64,000 bases of DNA. Source: an uncultured Solirubrobacterales bacterium (lineage in GTDB: Bacteria; Actinomycetota; Thermoleophilia; Solirubrobacterales; 70-9). The notes under the pieces were generated by a model, which was given only the letters and a program-made list of their open reading frames with translations, ran no database searches and was not told the origin of the DNA. The translations under genes and the position numbers were made by a program. Shown here piece by piece: positions 35,346 to 46,019 of the stretch (within the stretch, counting starts at the first letter, position 1; each line of letters starts with the position of its first letter). The stretch covers positions 220,969-284,968 of the forward strand of contig CAWGKW010000001.1 of assembly GCA_963823275.1 (NCBI GenBank), given 5' to 3'.

Positions 35346-36199
35346 GAGGCTGCGCCGACAGCGGCCGGGGTGGTCCCGACGTCCTCTTGATCCGGGCGGA
35401 TCGCGGCCAGCTTTTCAGCCCTACGCTGCTGGACCACCGTCACCACCATCGCGACGATCGTGACGGCGAACAGCATCGCGGCGAGCACGTTGACCTGGGG
35501 AGGAATACCTCTCTGCGCGGCTCCGAAGATGTAGAGCGGGAAGGTCACCGTCGTTCCCGAGTTGAAGTTCGAGATCACGAAGTCGTCGAGCGAGAGGGCA
35601 AACGCCAGCAGCGCCGCAGCCAGCAGTCCGGGGAGGATCAGCGGCAGCGTCACGGTCCTGAAGGTGGTGGCGGAGTCGGCGCCCAGGTCTCGCGCCGCCT
35701 CCTCGAGTCGGCGGTCGAATCCGATCAACCTCGACCGGACCACGACGACCACGAAGCTGATCGAGAACATGATGTGGGCGATCACGAGGGTGACGAACCC
35801 CGTGGTCACGGTGAAGTAGACGAACATCGACAGCAGGGCGGCGCCGATCACGACCTCAGGGCTGGTCATCGGGATCACGATCAGCAGGTTCGCGAGCTTC
35901 CGGCCATGGAACTGGTGGCGAACGAGCGCCAGCGCGATCATCGTGCCGATGATCGTCGAGAAGATGGTCGCGATCGCCGCCAGCTCGAGGCTGGTCAGCA
36001 TCGCCTGGTTGAGCTCGGGGATGCTGAATGCGTTCGTCCAGTTGTCGATCGTGAAGCCCTGCCAGGTGAAGTTGAACCGGCCGGCCGGGTCGTTGAAAGA
36101 GAACGCCACGATCACCGCGATCGGCATCAGCATGTAGACGACGACGAGCCCGGCGAAGATCATCACGCCGTTCTCGCGAATCCAGCTCCCCTGCTTCAT
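35342..36199 (-). CDS. polyamine-type ABC transporter permease (PotC-like)
   Basis: 285-aa 6-TM ORF with the EAA-loop LEEAARDLGADSATTFRTVTLP. Confidence 0.8.
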   Translation of the reverse strand: MKQGSWIRENGVMIFAGLVVVYMLMPIAVIVAFSFNDPAGRFNFTWQGFTIDNWTNAFSIPELNQAMLTSLELAAIATIFSTIIGTMIALALVRHQFHGRKLANLLIVIPMTSPEVVIGAALLSMFVYFTVTTGFVTLVIAHIMFSISFVVVVVRSRLIGFDRRLEEAARDLGADSATTFRTVTLPLILPGLLAAALLAFALSLDDFVISNFNSGTTVTFPLYIFGAAQRGIPPQVNVLAAMLFAVTIVAMVVTVVQQRRAEKLAAIRPDQEDVGTTPAAVGAAS

Positions 36200-37077
36200 T
36201 TGGCGGTCACCACCTCCGCCTCATCGCCCATCAGCGATTCGGAGCCGGCGAAGCGGATGTAGATCGCCACCGCGGCAACGATCAGCGCCATCATGATGAA
36301 CGAGAGCGCCGCCGCGATCGGGTAGTTCTTCGTGACCAGGTACTGGCTCTGGATCACGTTCCCGATCATCGCCTGATTCGGGCTGCCGAGGAAGGACGCG
36401 TTGATGTAGTCCCCGACGGCGGGGATGAAGGTCAGCAGCGTTCCGGCGATCACACCGGGGGCGGAGATCGGCAATGTCACCTTGCGGAAGGCGGTGCTCG
36501 GCTTGGAGTAGAGGTCCTTCGCCGCCTCGATCAACCGTGTGTCCATCTGCTCGAGGCTGGCGTAGATGGGCAGGATCATGAACGGCAGAAAGTTGTAGGT
36601 CAGGCCGAAGATCACCGCCGCGGGCGTCTTCAGGATCGTGCCGTCCTCGGGGATGATCTGAAGCGTCTGGAACAGGTTCACCACCTGGCCGTCGTTGGAG
36701 AGAATCGTCTGCCAGGCGTAGGTGCGGATCAGATATGTGGTGAAGAAGGGCGCCACGACCGCGAGCAGCAGGACCGTTCGCCACTTCCCCGCCTTGAACG
36801 CGATTGCGTACGACAACGGGTAGGCGATCAGCAGGCAGAGCCCGGTCGCGATCCCCGCGTAGACGAATGAGCGGACGAACTGGGTGTTGAAGTCGCTGAT
36901 CGCATCGGTGAAGTTCTGGAAATGCCAGGTCATCTCGAACGTGGTGTCGAGCGATCCCTCGTACAGCGCCACCGAGAACATGAACCCCATCGGCAGGACG
37001 AAGAAGATCAGCAGCCAGATCACCCCTGGCCCGAGCAGGAAGTAGGGCACCCCTCTGGTCCGGGCCCATTCCCTCAT
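36196..37077 (-). CDS. polyamine-type ABC transporter permease (PotB-like)
   Basis: 293-aa 6-TM ORF with the EAA-loop LIEAAKDLYSKPSTAFRKVTLP. Confidence 0.8.
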   Translation of the reverse strand: MREWARTRGVPYFLLGPGVIWLLIFFVLPMGFMFSVALYEGSLDTTFEMTWHFQNFTDAISDFNTQFVRSFVYAGIATGLCLLIAYPLSYAIAFKAGKWRTVLLLAVVAPFFTTYLIRTYAWQTILSNDGQVVNLFQTLQIIPEDGTILKTPAAVIFGLTYNFLPFMILPIYASLEQMDTRLIEAAKDLYSKPSTAFRKVTLPISAPGVIAGTLLTFIPAVGDYINASFLGSPNQAMIGNVIQSQYLVTKNYPIAAALSFIMMALIVAAVAIYIRFAGSESLMGDEAEVVTAK

Positions 37078-37092
37078 CGAACGGCCACCCGA

Positions 37093-38229
37093 TCAGCCAC
37101 CGGTTGCGAGATCCTGGAAGGCCTGCTCGATCTCGGCCGTCTGCAGAGCCGGAGGATCCGGCTGCGTCGAGCAGTTCTTCTGGTACTCCGGGGTCGGGAA
37201 GATCAGCTCGTTCTTAGCCAGCTCCGGGTCGGTCTTCTTGAAGATCTCCTGGACGCCGGTCACCGGGGTGGTGTAGCTGTTGTAGGCGGCTATCTGTGCC
37301 TGGTTCTTCGGGTCGTAGACGTAGTTCATGAACGCGTAGGCGGCGTCGGGGTTCGGGGCCCCGATCGGGATCACCATGTTGTCGGCCCAGATGATGCAGC
37401 CCTCATCCGGCATCACGAACCGGATGTCGGGATTGTCGGCCTGAAGCTGGACGGCGTCGCCGGACCAGCCGATCGCCGCAACCACGTCGCCGCGGGCCAT
37501 GTCGTTGATGTAGGAGTTACCCACCACGCCGATTATCTGCCCCGAATCGACGGCCTCCTTGAGCTTGTCGATGGCGGCAAGCCAGTCGTCCTTGGTGGCG
37601 GTGGCGGGGTCGATTCCGTCTGCCTTCATCACCAGCGGGACCGTGTCTCGCATCTCACTCAGCACGGTGACCTTGCCGGCGTACTTGGGATCGAAGAGGT
37701 CGTTGATGCTCGTCACGTCAGGAGCTTCGGCGGTGTTGACGACAAGCCCGGTCATGCCGCTCTGCCACGGGGCCGAGAACTGCCGCTCAGGATCGAACGA
37801 CGGGCTCTGAAGGGTGGGCAGGAGGTTCTTGTTGACCTCCGGGATGGCGTTCTTGTCGAAGTTCTGCAGATAGCCGAGGTCGTGCATCTTCTTCGCCATC
37901 CAATCGGTGACGACGATGATGCTGCGCCCGCTCGGATCGCCGTTCTGAAGCGTCGGTTGAAGCTTCGAGAAGATCTCGTTGTTGTCGTTGACGTCCTCGA
38001 TGTATTCGACCGAGATGCCGGTCGCATCTTCGAACTCGGGGAGCGTCTCCTTGTCGATATAGGCGGGCCACTGAGAGATCGTGAACTCGCCGCTCGGCTC
38101 GCCGGCTGAAGCGGTCGCCGTCGGTATCGGCCCGTCGATGCCCCCGGCGCCGAGGTCGCTGCAGGCGGACATCGCGACAGCGGCGCCGAGAAACGCCAGC
38201 GCCAGGACCAAGCGTAGGGCCCTCGGCAT
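37093..38229 (-). CDS. spermidine/putrescine-type ABC substrate-binding lipoprotein (PotD/PotF-like)
   Basis: Lipobox AVAMSAC. 378 aa, with an extracellular solute-binding pattern. Operon position between the ATPase and the permeases. Confidence 0.8.
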   Translation of the reverse strand: MPRALRLVLALAFLGAAVAMSACSDLGAGGIDGPIPTATASAGEPSGEFTISQWPAYIDKETLPEFEDATGISVEYIEDVNDNNEIFSKLQPTLQNGDPSGRSIIVVTDWMAKKMHDLGYLQNFDKNAIPEVNKNLLPTLQSPSFDPERQFSAPWQSGMTGLVVNTAEAPDVTSINDLFDPKYAGKVTVLSEMRDTVPLVMKADGIDPATATKDDWLAAIDKLKEAVDSGQIIGVVGNSYINDMARGDVVAAIGWSGDAVQLQADNPDIRFVMPDEGCIIWADNMVIPIGAPNPDAAYAFMNYVYDPKNQAQIAAYNSYTTPVTGVQEIFKKTDPELAKNELIFPTPEYQKNCSTQPDPPALQTAEIEQAFQDLATGG

Positions 38230-39368
38230 CAGGCGCCCACCTGGCTGGCCCTGTTGGTCACGGCCTCGTGGTCAGCGGTCGCCCGCTCCGCGCTCGACTC
38301 CCGGACCAGGTGAATGTGCTCCGGCGTCCACGACAGCTTTACGTCGGCACCGCCGCCCGGCAGCGATTGCCGTTCGGCCTCGTCGGTGTTCGGACAGAGG
38401 ACCGTCATCCGGGCGCCACCCTTGATCTCGACCACCAACTGGGTGGCCGTTCCAAGGTAGATCGAACTGGCGACGACTCCCTCGACGCTCTGCTCATTGG
38501 TGGCATGAACCATCCCGGTCTGCGCCTTCGGAGTCACGTAGAGCTTCTCCGGCCGGACGACGGCGTGGCATTGCTCGCCGGTGGCAAGGCCGTTCGCGCC
38601 GCTCTCGACCGTGACGCCGGCCTCGAGCTCGACCGTTGCGCTCTCCCCGCTCAGCGAACGCACCGTCCCCGGCATCAGGTTCGAGACGCCGATGAAGCCG
38701 GCGACGAAGGTGGTCTCGGGTCGCTCGTAGACCTCCTCGGGCACGGCGATCTGCTCGACGATCCCACGGTTCATGACCGCGATCCGGTCGGACATCGTCA
38801 GGGCCTCCTCCTGATCGTGGGTCACGTAGACGAACGTGATCCCGATCTCCTGCTGAATCCGCTTCAGCTCAACCTGCAGACCCTTGCGGAGCTTCAGGTC
38901 GAGGGCGCCGAGCGGCTCGTCGAGGAGCAGCACCTTGGGCAGGTTGACCACGGCCCGGGCCAGCGCGACCCGCTGCTGCTGCCCACCGGAGAGCTGGTTC
39001 GGACGACGGTTCGCCTCACCCCAGAGCCCGACCCGCTCGAGTTCAGCCTGGACGCGCTCCTCGGTCTCGGACTTGCTCACGCCCTTGCGCTTGAGGCCGT
39101 AGGCGACGTTTTCCTTGACGCTCAGATGGGGGAAGAGGGCGTAGCTCTGAAAGACCGTGTTGGTCGGACGCTTGTGAGCTGGTTGGCCGGCGACGTCGGT
39201 GCCGTCGATCAGGACCTGACCCTCGTCGGGCTGTTCGAAGCCGGCGATCATGCGCAGCGTCGTGGTCTTGCCGCAGCCACTCGGCCCGAGCAGCGTGAAG
39301 AACTCGCCTTCCTGGATCTCGAGGTCGATCGCATCCACCGCCGTGAAGTCGCCGAAGCGCTTGGTCAC
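38229..39368 (-). CDS. potA: polyamine-type ABC transporter ATP-binding protein (PotA-like)
   Basis: [34 protein letters not shown], plus a C-terminal TOBE-like domain. For the start problem see the finding at 39369-39403. Confidence 0.85.
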   Translation of the reverse strand: MTKRFGDFTAVDAIDLEIQEGEFFTLLGPSGCGKTTTLRMIAGFEQPDEGQVLIDGTDVAGQPAHKRPTNTVFQSYALFPHLSVKENVAYGLKRKGVSKSETEERVQAELERVGLWGEANRRPNQLSGGQQQRVALARAVVNLPKVLLLDEPLGALDLKLRKGLQVELKRIQQEIGITFVYVTHDQEEALTMSDRIAVMNRGIVEQIAVPEEVYERPETTFVAGFIGVSNLMPGTVRSLSGESATVELEAGVTVESGANGLATGEQCHAVVRPEKLYVTPKAQTGMVHATNEQSVEGVVASSIYLGTATQLVVEIKGGARMTVLCPNTDEAERQSLPGGGADVKLSWTPEHIHLVRESSAERATADHEAVTNRASQVGA

Positions 39369-39543
39369 CGACCTGAGGCGGACGCCGGATTGAGCTCCGC
39401 CATTCGTTGTGCCTGATGCTTCCGTAACTCCTCCTCAAGACGCCCCGGGGAAACTGGCGTTTGGAAACCTAGCCGATCGGAGGCTCGAGCGGAAGTTCCA
39501 ACCGCTCGGCCGCCCTCGGCGGATCAGCGGTCAGGGCGGGCGG

Positions 39544-39560
39544 TTGTACGAAGCGTACAA
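39544..39560. promoter_or_regulatory. perfect palindrome TTGTACG-aag-CGTACAA (candidate operator)
   Basis: Read directly in the 290-nt divergent region between potA and the aminotransferase. Related half-sites GCGGTACG (39563-39570) and GTTGTGCG (39591-39598) lie nearby. Confidence 0.45.
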
Positions 39561-39660
39561 TTGCGGTACGAGGGCTTGAACGTATTCCCGGTTGTGCGCG
39601 CCAAACCGACGTTCTACCTTTGTGCAAAGCGTCGAGTCGATCCAAGACAAGGAGAGGGCG

Positions 39661-41049
39661 ATGGCAACAACGAGCGTCACCCCGGCGGCCGCCGGCATCA
39701 ATCTGCAGGAATCAGCGAGAAAGCATCTCTGGATGCACTTCTCCCGCATGGGCGGCTACGACTCCGAGCACGAGATCCCGATCATCGCCCGCGCTGAGGG
39801 CAACTACGTCTGGGACGACCACGGCAACCGGTACCTCGACGCGCTCAGCGCGCTCTTCTGCTGCAACGCCGGTCACGGTCGCGTTGAGTACGGCGAGGCC
39901 GCTGCCGCTCAGATCAAGGAGCTCGACTTCTACACGAACTGGAGCTACGCCCATCCGCGGGCGATCGAACTGGCCGAGCGGATCGCCCACCTCGCACCGG
40001 GCGATCTAAACCACGTCTTCTTCACCAACTCCGGCTCCGAGGCCGTCGAGTCGGCGATCAAGGTTGCCCGCAACTGGCACCGCGCGCACGGGCGCGGGCA
40101 GCGGACCAAGATCATCTCGCGAGAGGTCGCCTACCACGGCACCACGATGGGTGCGCTGACCGCCACCGGCATCACCTCACTCAAGGTCCCGTTCGAGCCG
40201 ACGATGCCGGGCGGGTCCCACGTTCCCAACACCAACCACCTGCGCTGGCCCGCCGATCGCGATTCACTCTGGGCCGCCGAGCGAGTTCGCGACCGGATCG
40301 AGTTCGAGGGGCCGGACACCGTCGCGGCCGTGATCCTCGAGCCGCTGCAGAACGCCGGCGGCTGCATTCCTCCTCAGGAGGGTTACTTCCAGCGCGTGCG
40401 GGAGATCTGTGACGAGTTCGGGGTGCTGCTGATTTCCGACGAGGTGATCTGCTCCTGGGGCCGGCTCGGCCACTACTTCGGCTGTCAGCGCTACGGCTAC
40501 CAGCCGGACATCATCACCACCGCGAAGGCGCTCACCGGTGCCTACATCCCGATGGGGGCGATGATCACCTCCGACGAGGTGTTCGAGCCGTTCGCCTCGG
40601 GTACCGCGACGTTCGCCCACGGTTCGACCTTCGGCGGCCATCCGGTCGCCGCCGCGGTCGCGCTCCGCAACCTTGACGTGTTCGCCGACGAGGATCTCTG
40701 CGGGCAGGTCCTCGCCAACGAGGCCGAGTTCCGGCAGATGCTCGAGGACCTGCGTGACATCCCGATCGTCGGCGACGTACGCGGTGCCGGGTACTTCCAC
40801 GCGATCGAGCTCGTCAAGGATCGGGAGACGATGGAGCACTTCAACCACGAGGATTCCGAGTGGCTGCTTCGCGGCTTCCTCTCGGGTGAGCTCTACAGGC
40901 GTGGACTGATCTGCCGGGCCGACGATCGTGGCGACCCCGTGATTCAGCTTGCGCCCCCGCTGACCTGCGGAACCGAGGAGTTCAAGGAGATCGGCTCCGT
41001 CCTGAGGTCGGTGCTCGAAGAGGCCTGGGAGAAGGTCACGGCGCACTAG
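39661..41049 (+). CDS. class III (omega) aminotransferase, putrescine/GABA-aminotransferase-like
   Basis: ATG 39661 has an AAGGAGAGGG SD. Blocks FTNSGSEAVE, LISDEVICSWGRLG and ITTAKALTG (PLP lysine) are present. Confidence 0.9.
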   Translation: MATTSVTPAAAGINLQESARKHLWMHFSRMGGYDSEHEIPIIARAEGNYVWDDHGNRYLDALSALFCCNAGHGRVEYGEAAAAQIKELDFYTNWSYAHPRAIELAERIAHLAPGDLNHVFFTNSGSEAVESAIKVARNWHRAHGRGQRTKIISREVAYHGTTMGALTATGITSLKVPFEPTMPGGSHVPNTNHLRWPADRDSLWAAERVRDRIEFEGPDTVAAVILEPLQNAGGCIPPQEGYFQRVREICDEFGVLLISDEVICSWGRLGHYFGCQRYGYQPDIITTAKALTGAYIPMGAMITSDEVFEPFASGTATFAHGSTFGGHPVAAAVALRNLDVFADEDLCGQVLANEAEFRQMLEDLRDIPIVGDVRGAGYFHAIELVKDRETMEHFNHEDSEWLLRGFLSGELYRRGLICRADDRGDPVIQLAPPLTCGTEEFKEIGSVLRSVLEEAWEKVTAH

Positions 41050-41085
41050 CCGGGACCCAGGGCCGAGAAGAACGCACCCCGCCTC

Positions 41086-42639
41086 GTGCTTTCCGTCCGC
41101 AGCCTGCTGACCGAATTCGATCTCGAGCTCGCGGTCGAGGGCGTCCCCGACGGCAGCCCGATCCGCTGGGTGCATATCTCAGAGCTCGAGGATCCGACGC
41201 CGTTTCTGTCCGGCGGCGAGCTGCTGCTGACGACCGGGATCAACCTGAAGAGCGCCGCGAGACAGCGAAAGTTCGTCCGGCTGCTCGCCGGTAAGCAGGC
41301 GGCCGGTCTGGGGCTCGCGGTCGGCCTCGACCACGCGAAGTTGCCGCCGGCGCTGATCGAGGAGGCCGAGGCCAGGGGGCTGCCGCTGTTCGAGCTCCCG
41401 TTCGAGCTGCCCTTCATCGCGATCACCGAGTGGGCTTCGACGCGCCTGATCAACGAGGGCTACTCAGATCTGGAGCGCAGCGTCGAGGTTCACGCGCTGT
41501 TGGAGGGGCTCGTGCTTGCCGAGCGGGGCCTGCCCGAGATCATGCGGGCGATCGCCGAGTCGATCTCGGGCGCCGCCATGCTGCTCGACGATCGTGGTCT
41601 GGAGCTCGCCCGACACCCCCAGGAGCGCGGTTTCTCCCAACGGGCGAGCTCCGACATCCGGGTCGAGGTCAACGAGCGCGCCGAGGCCGGCAGGCAGTCG
41701 ATGTTCGTCGCCGAGCGGGGATCGCTGGCGGGCCGCGCCGTCTCCGTCCCGGTGCCGCTGGGCGGGCACCGCAATCGCCGGCACTGGCTGGTGCTGGCAC
41801 GTCGCGCCGGTGAGATCGGCGACCTCGAGCGGCTGCTCGCCCGCCAGGCGGCGATGGTGGTGGCGCTGGAGTTGATGCGCGAACGGGCCGTGCGTGAGAC
41901 AGAGCGGCGGCTCGCCGGCGACGTGCTGGCTGAGGCCTTGGGGGGTCAGCTCGGGGACGAGGAGCTGCGCGGCCGGCTCCAGCCGTTCGGAATCGACGGC
42001 CGGGTCGCGATTCTGTTGTTCGAGCTCGAGGAGTCCGCCGACGATCCGGTGCTGCTCGCCGAGGCGCTCGCGGTCCCGGCGCTCGTTGCCGTCAACGCGG
42101 CCGCCGGCCGGCCGTTGCTCTGCGCGATCGTCGATCCCGGTGAGCGCGATCCGATCGAGCTGGCCCGGGAGGGGCGCGCGGTGCTGGCTGAGTCGGGCCG
42201 CACGGTCCGAGCCTCCGCAAGTCGCGCGACCCAGGTCTCGGCATTGCGACGCGGGTTTCACGAGGCCCGTTGCGCCCTCGAGGCGACCGCAATGGCAAAC
42301 GGGCACACGCCCGATGTCGCCTCCCATCGAGATCTCGGCGCGTTCACCCTGTTGCTGTCGCTCCAGGACGACGATGCCCTCCGGACCTACTCGGAGAACC
42401 TGCTGGGACCGATCTCGGAGGGGGAGGGCGAGTACGGTCCGGAACTGCTGCGCTCCCTGGAGGCGTTCATCGAGCGCAACGGCCAATGGGAGCGCGCGGC
42501 CCGCGATCTCTATTGCCATCGACACACCCTTCGGTACAGAATCCGCAGGATCGAGGAATTGACCGGACGTGACCTCGGACAGGCGCAGGACAGGATCGAG
42601 CTGTGGCTCGCCCTGCGAGCGCGAGAGCTTGTGAGATGA
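41086..42639 (+). CDS. PucR/CdaR-family transcriptional regulator
   Basis: N-terminal PucR-like purine catabolism domain (GGELLLTTG) and a C-terminal HTH (YCHRHTLRYRIRRIEELTGRDL). Confidence 0.85.
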   Translation: MLSVRSLLTEFDLELAVEGVPDGSPIRWVHISELEDPTPFLSGGELLLTTGINLKSAARQRKFVRLLAGKQAAGLGLAVGLDHAKLPPALIEEAEARGLPLFELPFELPFIAITEWASTRLINEGYSDLERSVEVHALLEGLVLAERGLPEIMRAIAESISGAAMLLDDRGLELARHPQERGFSQRASSDIRVEVNERAEAGRQSMFVAERGSLAGRAVSVPVPLGGHRNRRHWLVLARRAGEIGDLERLLARQAAMVVALELMRERAVRETERRLAGDVLAEALGGQLGDEELRGRLQPFGIDGRVAILLFELEESADDPVLLAEALAVPALVAVNAAAGRPLLCAIVDPGERDPIELAREGRAVLAESGRTVRASASRATQVSALRRGFHEARCALEATAMANGHTPDVASHRDLGAFTLLLSLQDDDALRTYSENLLGPISEGEGEYGPELLRSLEAFIERNGQWERAARDLYCHRHTLRYRIRRIEELTGRDLGQAQDRIELWLALRARELVR

Positions 42640-42682
42640 CCAGAACCGACGGATTCAGCGAACGACGGAAAGAGGAGAGCAG

Positions 42683-43804
42683 ATGAAGGTTGGAGTGCCC
42701 ACCGAGATCAAGGACGAGGAGTACAGGGTCGCTCTGACGGCGATCGGAGCCCGCGAGCTCGCCGAGCACGGGCATCAGGTACTGATTGAGGCAGGCGCTG
42801 GGGACGGAAGCGCGATCTCCGACGACGACTACGCCGCGCAGGGCGCGAGGATCGTCAACACCGCCGAGGAGATCTTCTCCGAGTCCGACATGGTGCTCGG
42901 GGTCAAGGAGCCCCAGCAGGTCGAGGTCGAGATGCTGCGGGCCGAGACGACGCTGTTCACCTACCTCCACCTCGCTCCGGCACCGGAGTTGACCGAGGGG
43001 CTCTGCAAGACCGGTGCCACATGCATCGCCTACGAGACGGTCGAGGACCCCCGCGGCGGGCTGCCGCTGCTCGCCCCGATGAGCGAGATCGCCGGCCGGA
43101 TCGCGACCCAGGCGGGCGCGTTCTTCCTCGAGAAGCCGATGGGCGGTCGGGGGGTGCTCCTCGGCGGCGTCCCCGGAGTCGCGGCGGCCAACGTCATGGT
43201 GATCGGCGCCGGCGCGGTCGGGATCAACGCCGCCCAGATGGCCGTGGGCATGGCCGCCGACGTGTTCCTCTTCGACCTCAACATCGATGCGCTTCGTCGC
43301 GCCGATCTGCAGTTCGGCGGGTCCCTGTCGACGGTCTACAGCTCGACCCTCTCGATCGAGGAGATGCTGCCCCGCATGGATCTGGTGATTGGCGCCGTGC
43401 TGGTCCAGGGTGCCAGAGCCCCGCACGTGATCAAGCGCGAGCAGCTCGGCCTGATGAAGCGCAACGCCGTGCTCGTCGACGTGGCGATCGATCAGGGCGG
43501 CTGCTTCGAGACCTCGAAGCCGACCACCCACACCGATCCGGTCTACGAGGTCGATGGGATCACCCACTACTGCGTCGCCAACATGCCGGGAGCGGTGCCG
43601 ATCACCTCGACCTACGCGCTGACGAACGCCACCCTTCCCTATGTCCTCTCGCTCGCCGACAACGGCGTCGAGGGGGCGATCGCCCGCGATCCGGGGCTTC
43701 GGCCCGGGGTCAACGTGGCGGCCGGGAAGGTCACCCATGCGGCCGTCGCCGAGGGTGTCGGATCGGAGTTCGTGTCCGTCGAGGAGGCGCTGGGCATCGG
43801 CTAG
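42683..43804 (+). CDS. ald: alanine dehydrogenase
   Basis: [19 protein letters not shown] start and the [19 protein letters not shown] Rossmann block. 373 aa. Confidence 0.9.
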   Translation: MKVGVPTEIKDEEYRVALTAIGARELAEHGHQVLIEAGAGDGSAISDDDYAAQGARIVNTAEEIFSESDMVLGVKEPQQVEVEMLRAETTLFTYLHLAPAPELTEGLCKTGATCIAYETVEDPRGGLPLLAPMSEIAGRIATQAGAFFLEKPMGGRGVLLGGVPGVAAANVMVIGAGAVGINAAQMAVGMAADVFLFDLNIDALRRADLQFGGSLSTVYSSTLSIEEMLPRMDLVIGAVLVQGARAPHVIKREQLGLMKRNAVLVDVAIDQGGCFETSKPTTHTDPVYEVDGITHYCVANMPGAVPITSTYALTNATLPYVLSLADNGVEGAIARDPGLRPGVNVAAGKVTHAAVAEGVGSEFVSVEEALGIG

Positions 43805-43852
43805 AGCGGGCGGGAGTTTTCGAGTTGATTCACGGCATGAGGAGAGATTGAG

Positions 43853-45298
43853 TTGGCAACGGCAGAGAAGACCAAGGTCCAGAACTTCATCAACGGCGAG
43901 CTTTCCGATGCCGTCGACGGCGCCACCGACGATGTGATCAACCCGGCGACCGGTGAGGTCTTCGCCTCGGCTCCCCTCTCGACCGAGGAGGACGTCGACC
44001 GCGCGGTCATGGCCGCACGGAACGCCTTCGACGGCTGGGCCGACACCACGCCCGCCGATCGCGCCGCAGCGCTGTTCGCACTCGCCGACGTGATCGAGGA
44101 GAACGCCGACCTGCTCTCCGACCTCGAGGCGACCGATGCCGGCAAGCCGCGCGACACGTTCATGGCGGACGAGATCCCCGCGATGGCGGATCAGCTGCGG
44201 TTCTTCGGCGGCGCGGGGCGAACGCTCTCGGGCAGCGCGGCGGGCGAGTACGTGGCCGGCCGGACGTCGATCATCCGGCGTGAGCCCGCCGGGGTGGTCG
44301 GCCAGATCGCGCCCTGGAACTACCCGCTGATGATGGCGATCTGGAAGATCGGCCCGGCGCTCGCCGCCGGTTGCACCACGGTGCTGAAGCCCGCCGAGAC
44401 GACCCCGGTGGCGACGCTCAAGCTCGCCGAGCTTGCCGCTGACATCTTCCCTCCCGGCGTGCTCAACGTGATCGGCGGGCTCGGCCAGCCGGCCGGATCC
44501 ACCCTGGTCACCCATCCCGAGGTCGACATGGTCTCGCTGACCGGCTCGCCCGAGACCGGCAGGTGGATCGCCAAGGCGGCTTCGGAGACGCTCAAGCGGG
44601 TCCACCTCGAGCTCGGAGGCAAGGCTCCGGTGATCATCTTCGACGACGCCGACATGGAGCTGGCGATGGAGACGATCGCTCGTTGCGGCTACTACAACGC
44701 CGGCCAGGACTGCACTGCAGCGACCCGGGTGATGGCCGCTCCCGGCATTTTCGACGACGTCGTGGCGGGGCTCGCCGAGCAGGCGCAGGGCAACGTCGTC
44801 GGCGACACGTTCGATCCGGCGACCACGCTCGGCCCGGTCAACTCCGCACGGCAGCGCGAGCGCGTCCAGGGCTTCCTCGAGCGCAGGCCCGACCACGCGG
44901 AGATCGTCACCGGCGGCGGTGAGCCCGACCTGCCCGGCTTCTACGTGGAGCCGACGGTCGTCGCCGGCCTCCGCCAGGACGACGAGATGATTCAGTCCGA
45001 GGTCTTCGGGCCGGTCATCACCGTTCAGCGTTTCGACGACGAGGCCAAGGCGATCGAGTGGGCCAACGGCACCCGCTACGGCCTGGCCGCATCGGTCTGG
45101 ACCGGAGACGTCGGCCGGGCGATGCGGCTCGCCAAGGCGATCCGCTTCGGTTGCGTCTGGATCAACGACCACCTGACGATGGCCAACGAGATGCCGCACG
45201 GCGGCTTCAAGGAGTCCGGCTACGGCAAGGACATGAGCATCTACTCGGTCGAGGACTACACCGAGATCAAGCACGTCATGGTCAACCTGGAGGCGTAG
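43853..45298 (+). CDS. aldehyde dehydrogenase (aminobutyraldehyde-dehydrogenase-like)
   Basis: ALDH blocks [39 protein letters not shown] start with GAGGAG 8 nt upstream. Confidence 0.9.
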   Translation: MATAEKTKVQNFINGELSDAVDGATDDVINPATGEVFASAPLSTEEDVDRAVMAARNAFDGWADTTPADRAAALFALADVIEENADLLSDLEATDAGKPRDTFMADEIPAMADQLRFFGGAGRTLSGSAAGEYVAGRTSIIRREPAGVVGQIAPWNYPLMMAIWKIGPALAAGCTTVLKPAETTPVATLKLAELAADIFPPGVLNVIGGLGQPAGSTLVTHPEVDMVSLTGSPETGRWIAKAASETLKRVHLELGGKAPVIIFDDADMELAMETIARCGYYNAGQDCTAATRVMAAPGIFDDVVAGLAEQAQGNVVGDTFDPATTLGPVNSARQRERVQGFLERRPDHAEIVTGGGEPDLPGFYVEPTVVAGLRQDDEMIQSEVFGPVITVQRFDDEAKAIEWANGTRYGLAASVWTGDVGRAMRLAKAIRFGCVWINDHLTMANEMPHGGFKESGYGKDMSIYSVEDYTEIKHVMVNLEA

Positions 45299-45414
45299 GA
45301 GGGCTGGTCCGCCGGCGGTGTTTCCCGCCGGTTGACCCGGTGGCAGCTTGAGCACCGTATCGGTGCCATATCCGCCACCGGCCCGTCGGGTGATGCCCAA
45401 CGAAGAACGCCCGC

Positions 45415-45440
45415 CGAACAGCGGGCGTTCTCCTCGAGTT
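45415..45440 (-). terminator. intrinsic-terminator-like hairpin between convergent genes
   Basis: GAACGCCCGC-cgaaca-GCGGGCGTTC (10-bp perfect stem). On the minus strand it is followed by TTCTTCGTT, 12 nt after the NlpC/P60 stop. Confidence 0.6.
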
Positions 45441-45451
45441 TCGGGCCTCGC

Positions 45452-46009
45452 CTAGTAGCCCCTGTAGTGGCGAACCGCGTAGCCGCTGTCGGAGCGCATG
45501 TCCGAATGCCAGCGTGGTCCGGCGCCGCCGGAGGTGTCCCAGCGGAGTCCGGCGACCACGGCATAGGTGTGGCCGGAGTTGGCGTAGATGGAGATCCAGT
45601 CGCCCTTCTTCTTCTTGCCCCAGCTCGCGAGCGAGCCGGAGGTGAGGGGCGTGTCGAGCATGCGGGCGCCGTGGAGCATGTAGCTGACGGCGCCGGAGCA
45701 GTCGTAGCCCTTGCTCTCGAAGCTGGCGTGTCCACCGCCCCAGACGTACCTGGTCCGGCGGATGCTGTTGGCGTACTTGATCGCGCGAACGACCCGCTTG
45801 GGGGCGCCCTCGGGCGGGACCGCCTTGCCGTTGTCGAGCAGCTTCGCCTTGCCGGCCTTGCCGGTGGGCGGAACCGTGGTCCCGACACCGCCGCTGGCTG
45901 CGAGCGCTGAACCTGAGAGTAGGAGGAGGACCGCGATCGTCGCGAGGACGGCTGCGATCAAGGACACTGCGGCGCGTTGCACCGTGGGATTTGAATTGAG
46001 TCTATGCAT
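45452..46009 (-). CDS. NlpC/P60 (C40) family cell-wall peptidase, secreted
   Basis: Signal/TM N-terminus and a YVWGGGHASFESKGYDCSGAVSY catalytic-Cys block. Confidence 0.85.
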   Translation of the reverse strand: MHRLNSNPTVQRAAVSLIAAVLATIAVLLLLSGSALAASGGVGTTVPPTGKAGKAKLLDNGKAVPPEGAPKRVVRAIKYANSIRRTRYVWGGGHASFESKGYDCSGAVSYMLHGARMLDTPLTSGSLASWGKKKKGDWISIYANSGHTYAVVAGLRWDTSGGAGPRWHSDMRSDSGYAVRHYRGY

Positions 46010-46019
46010 GGTGTTGGCT

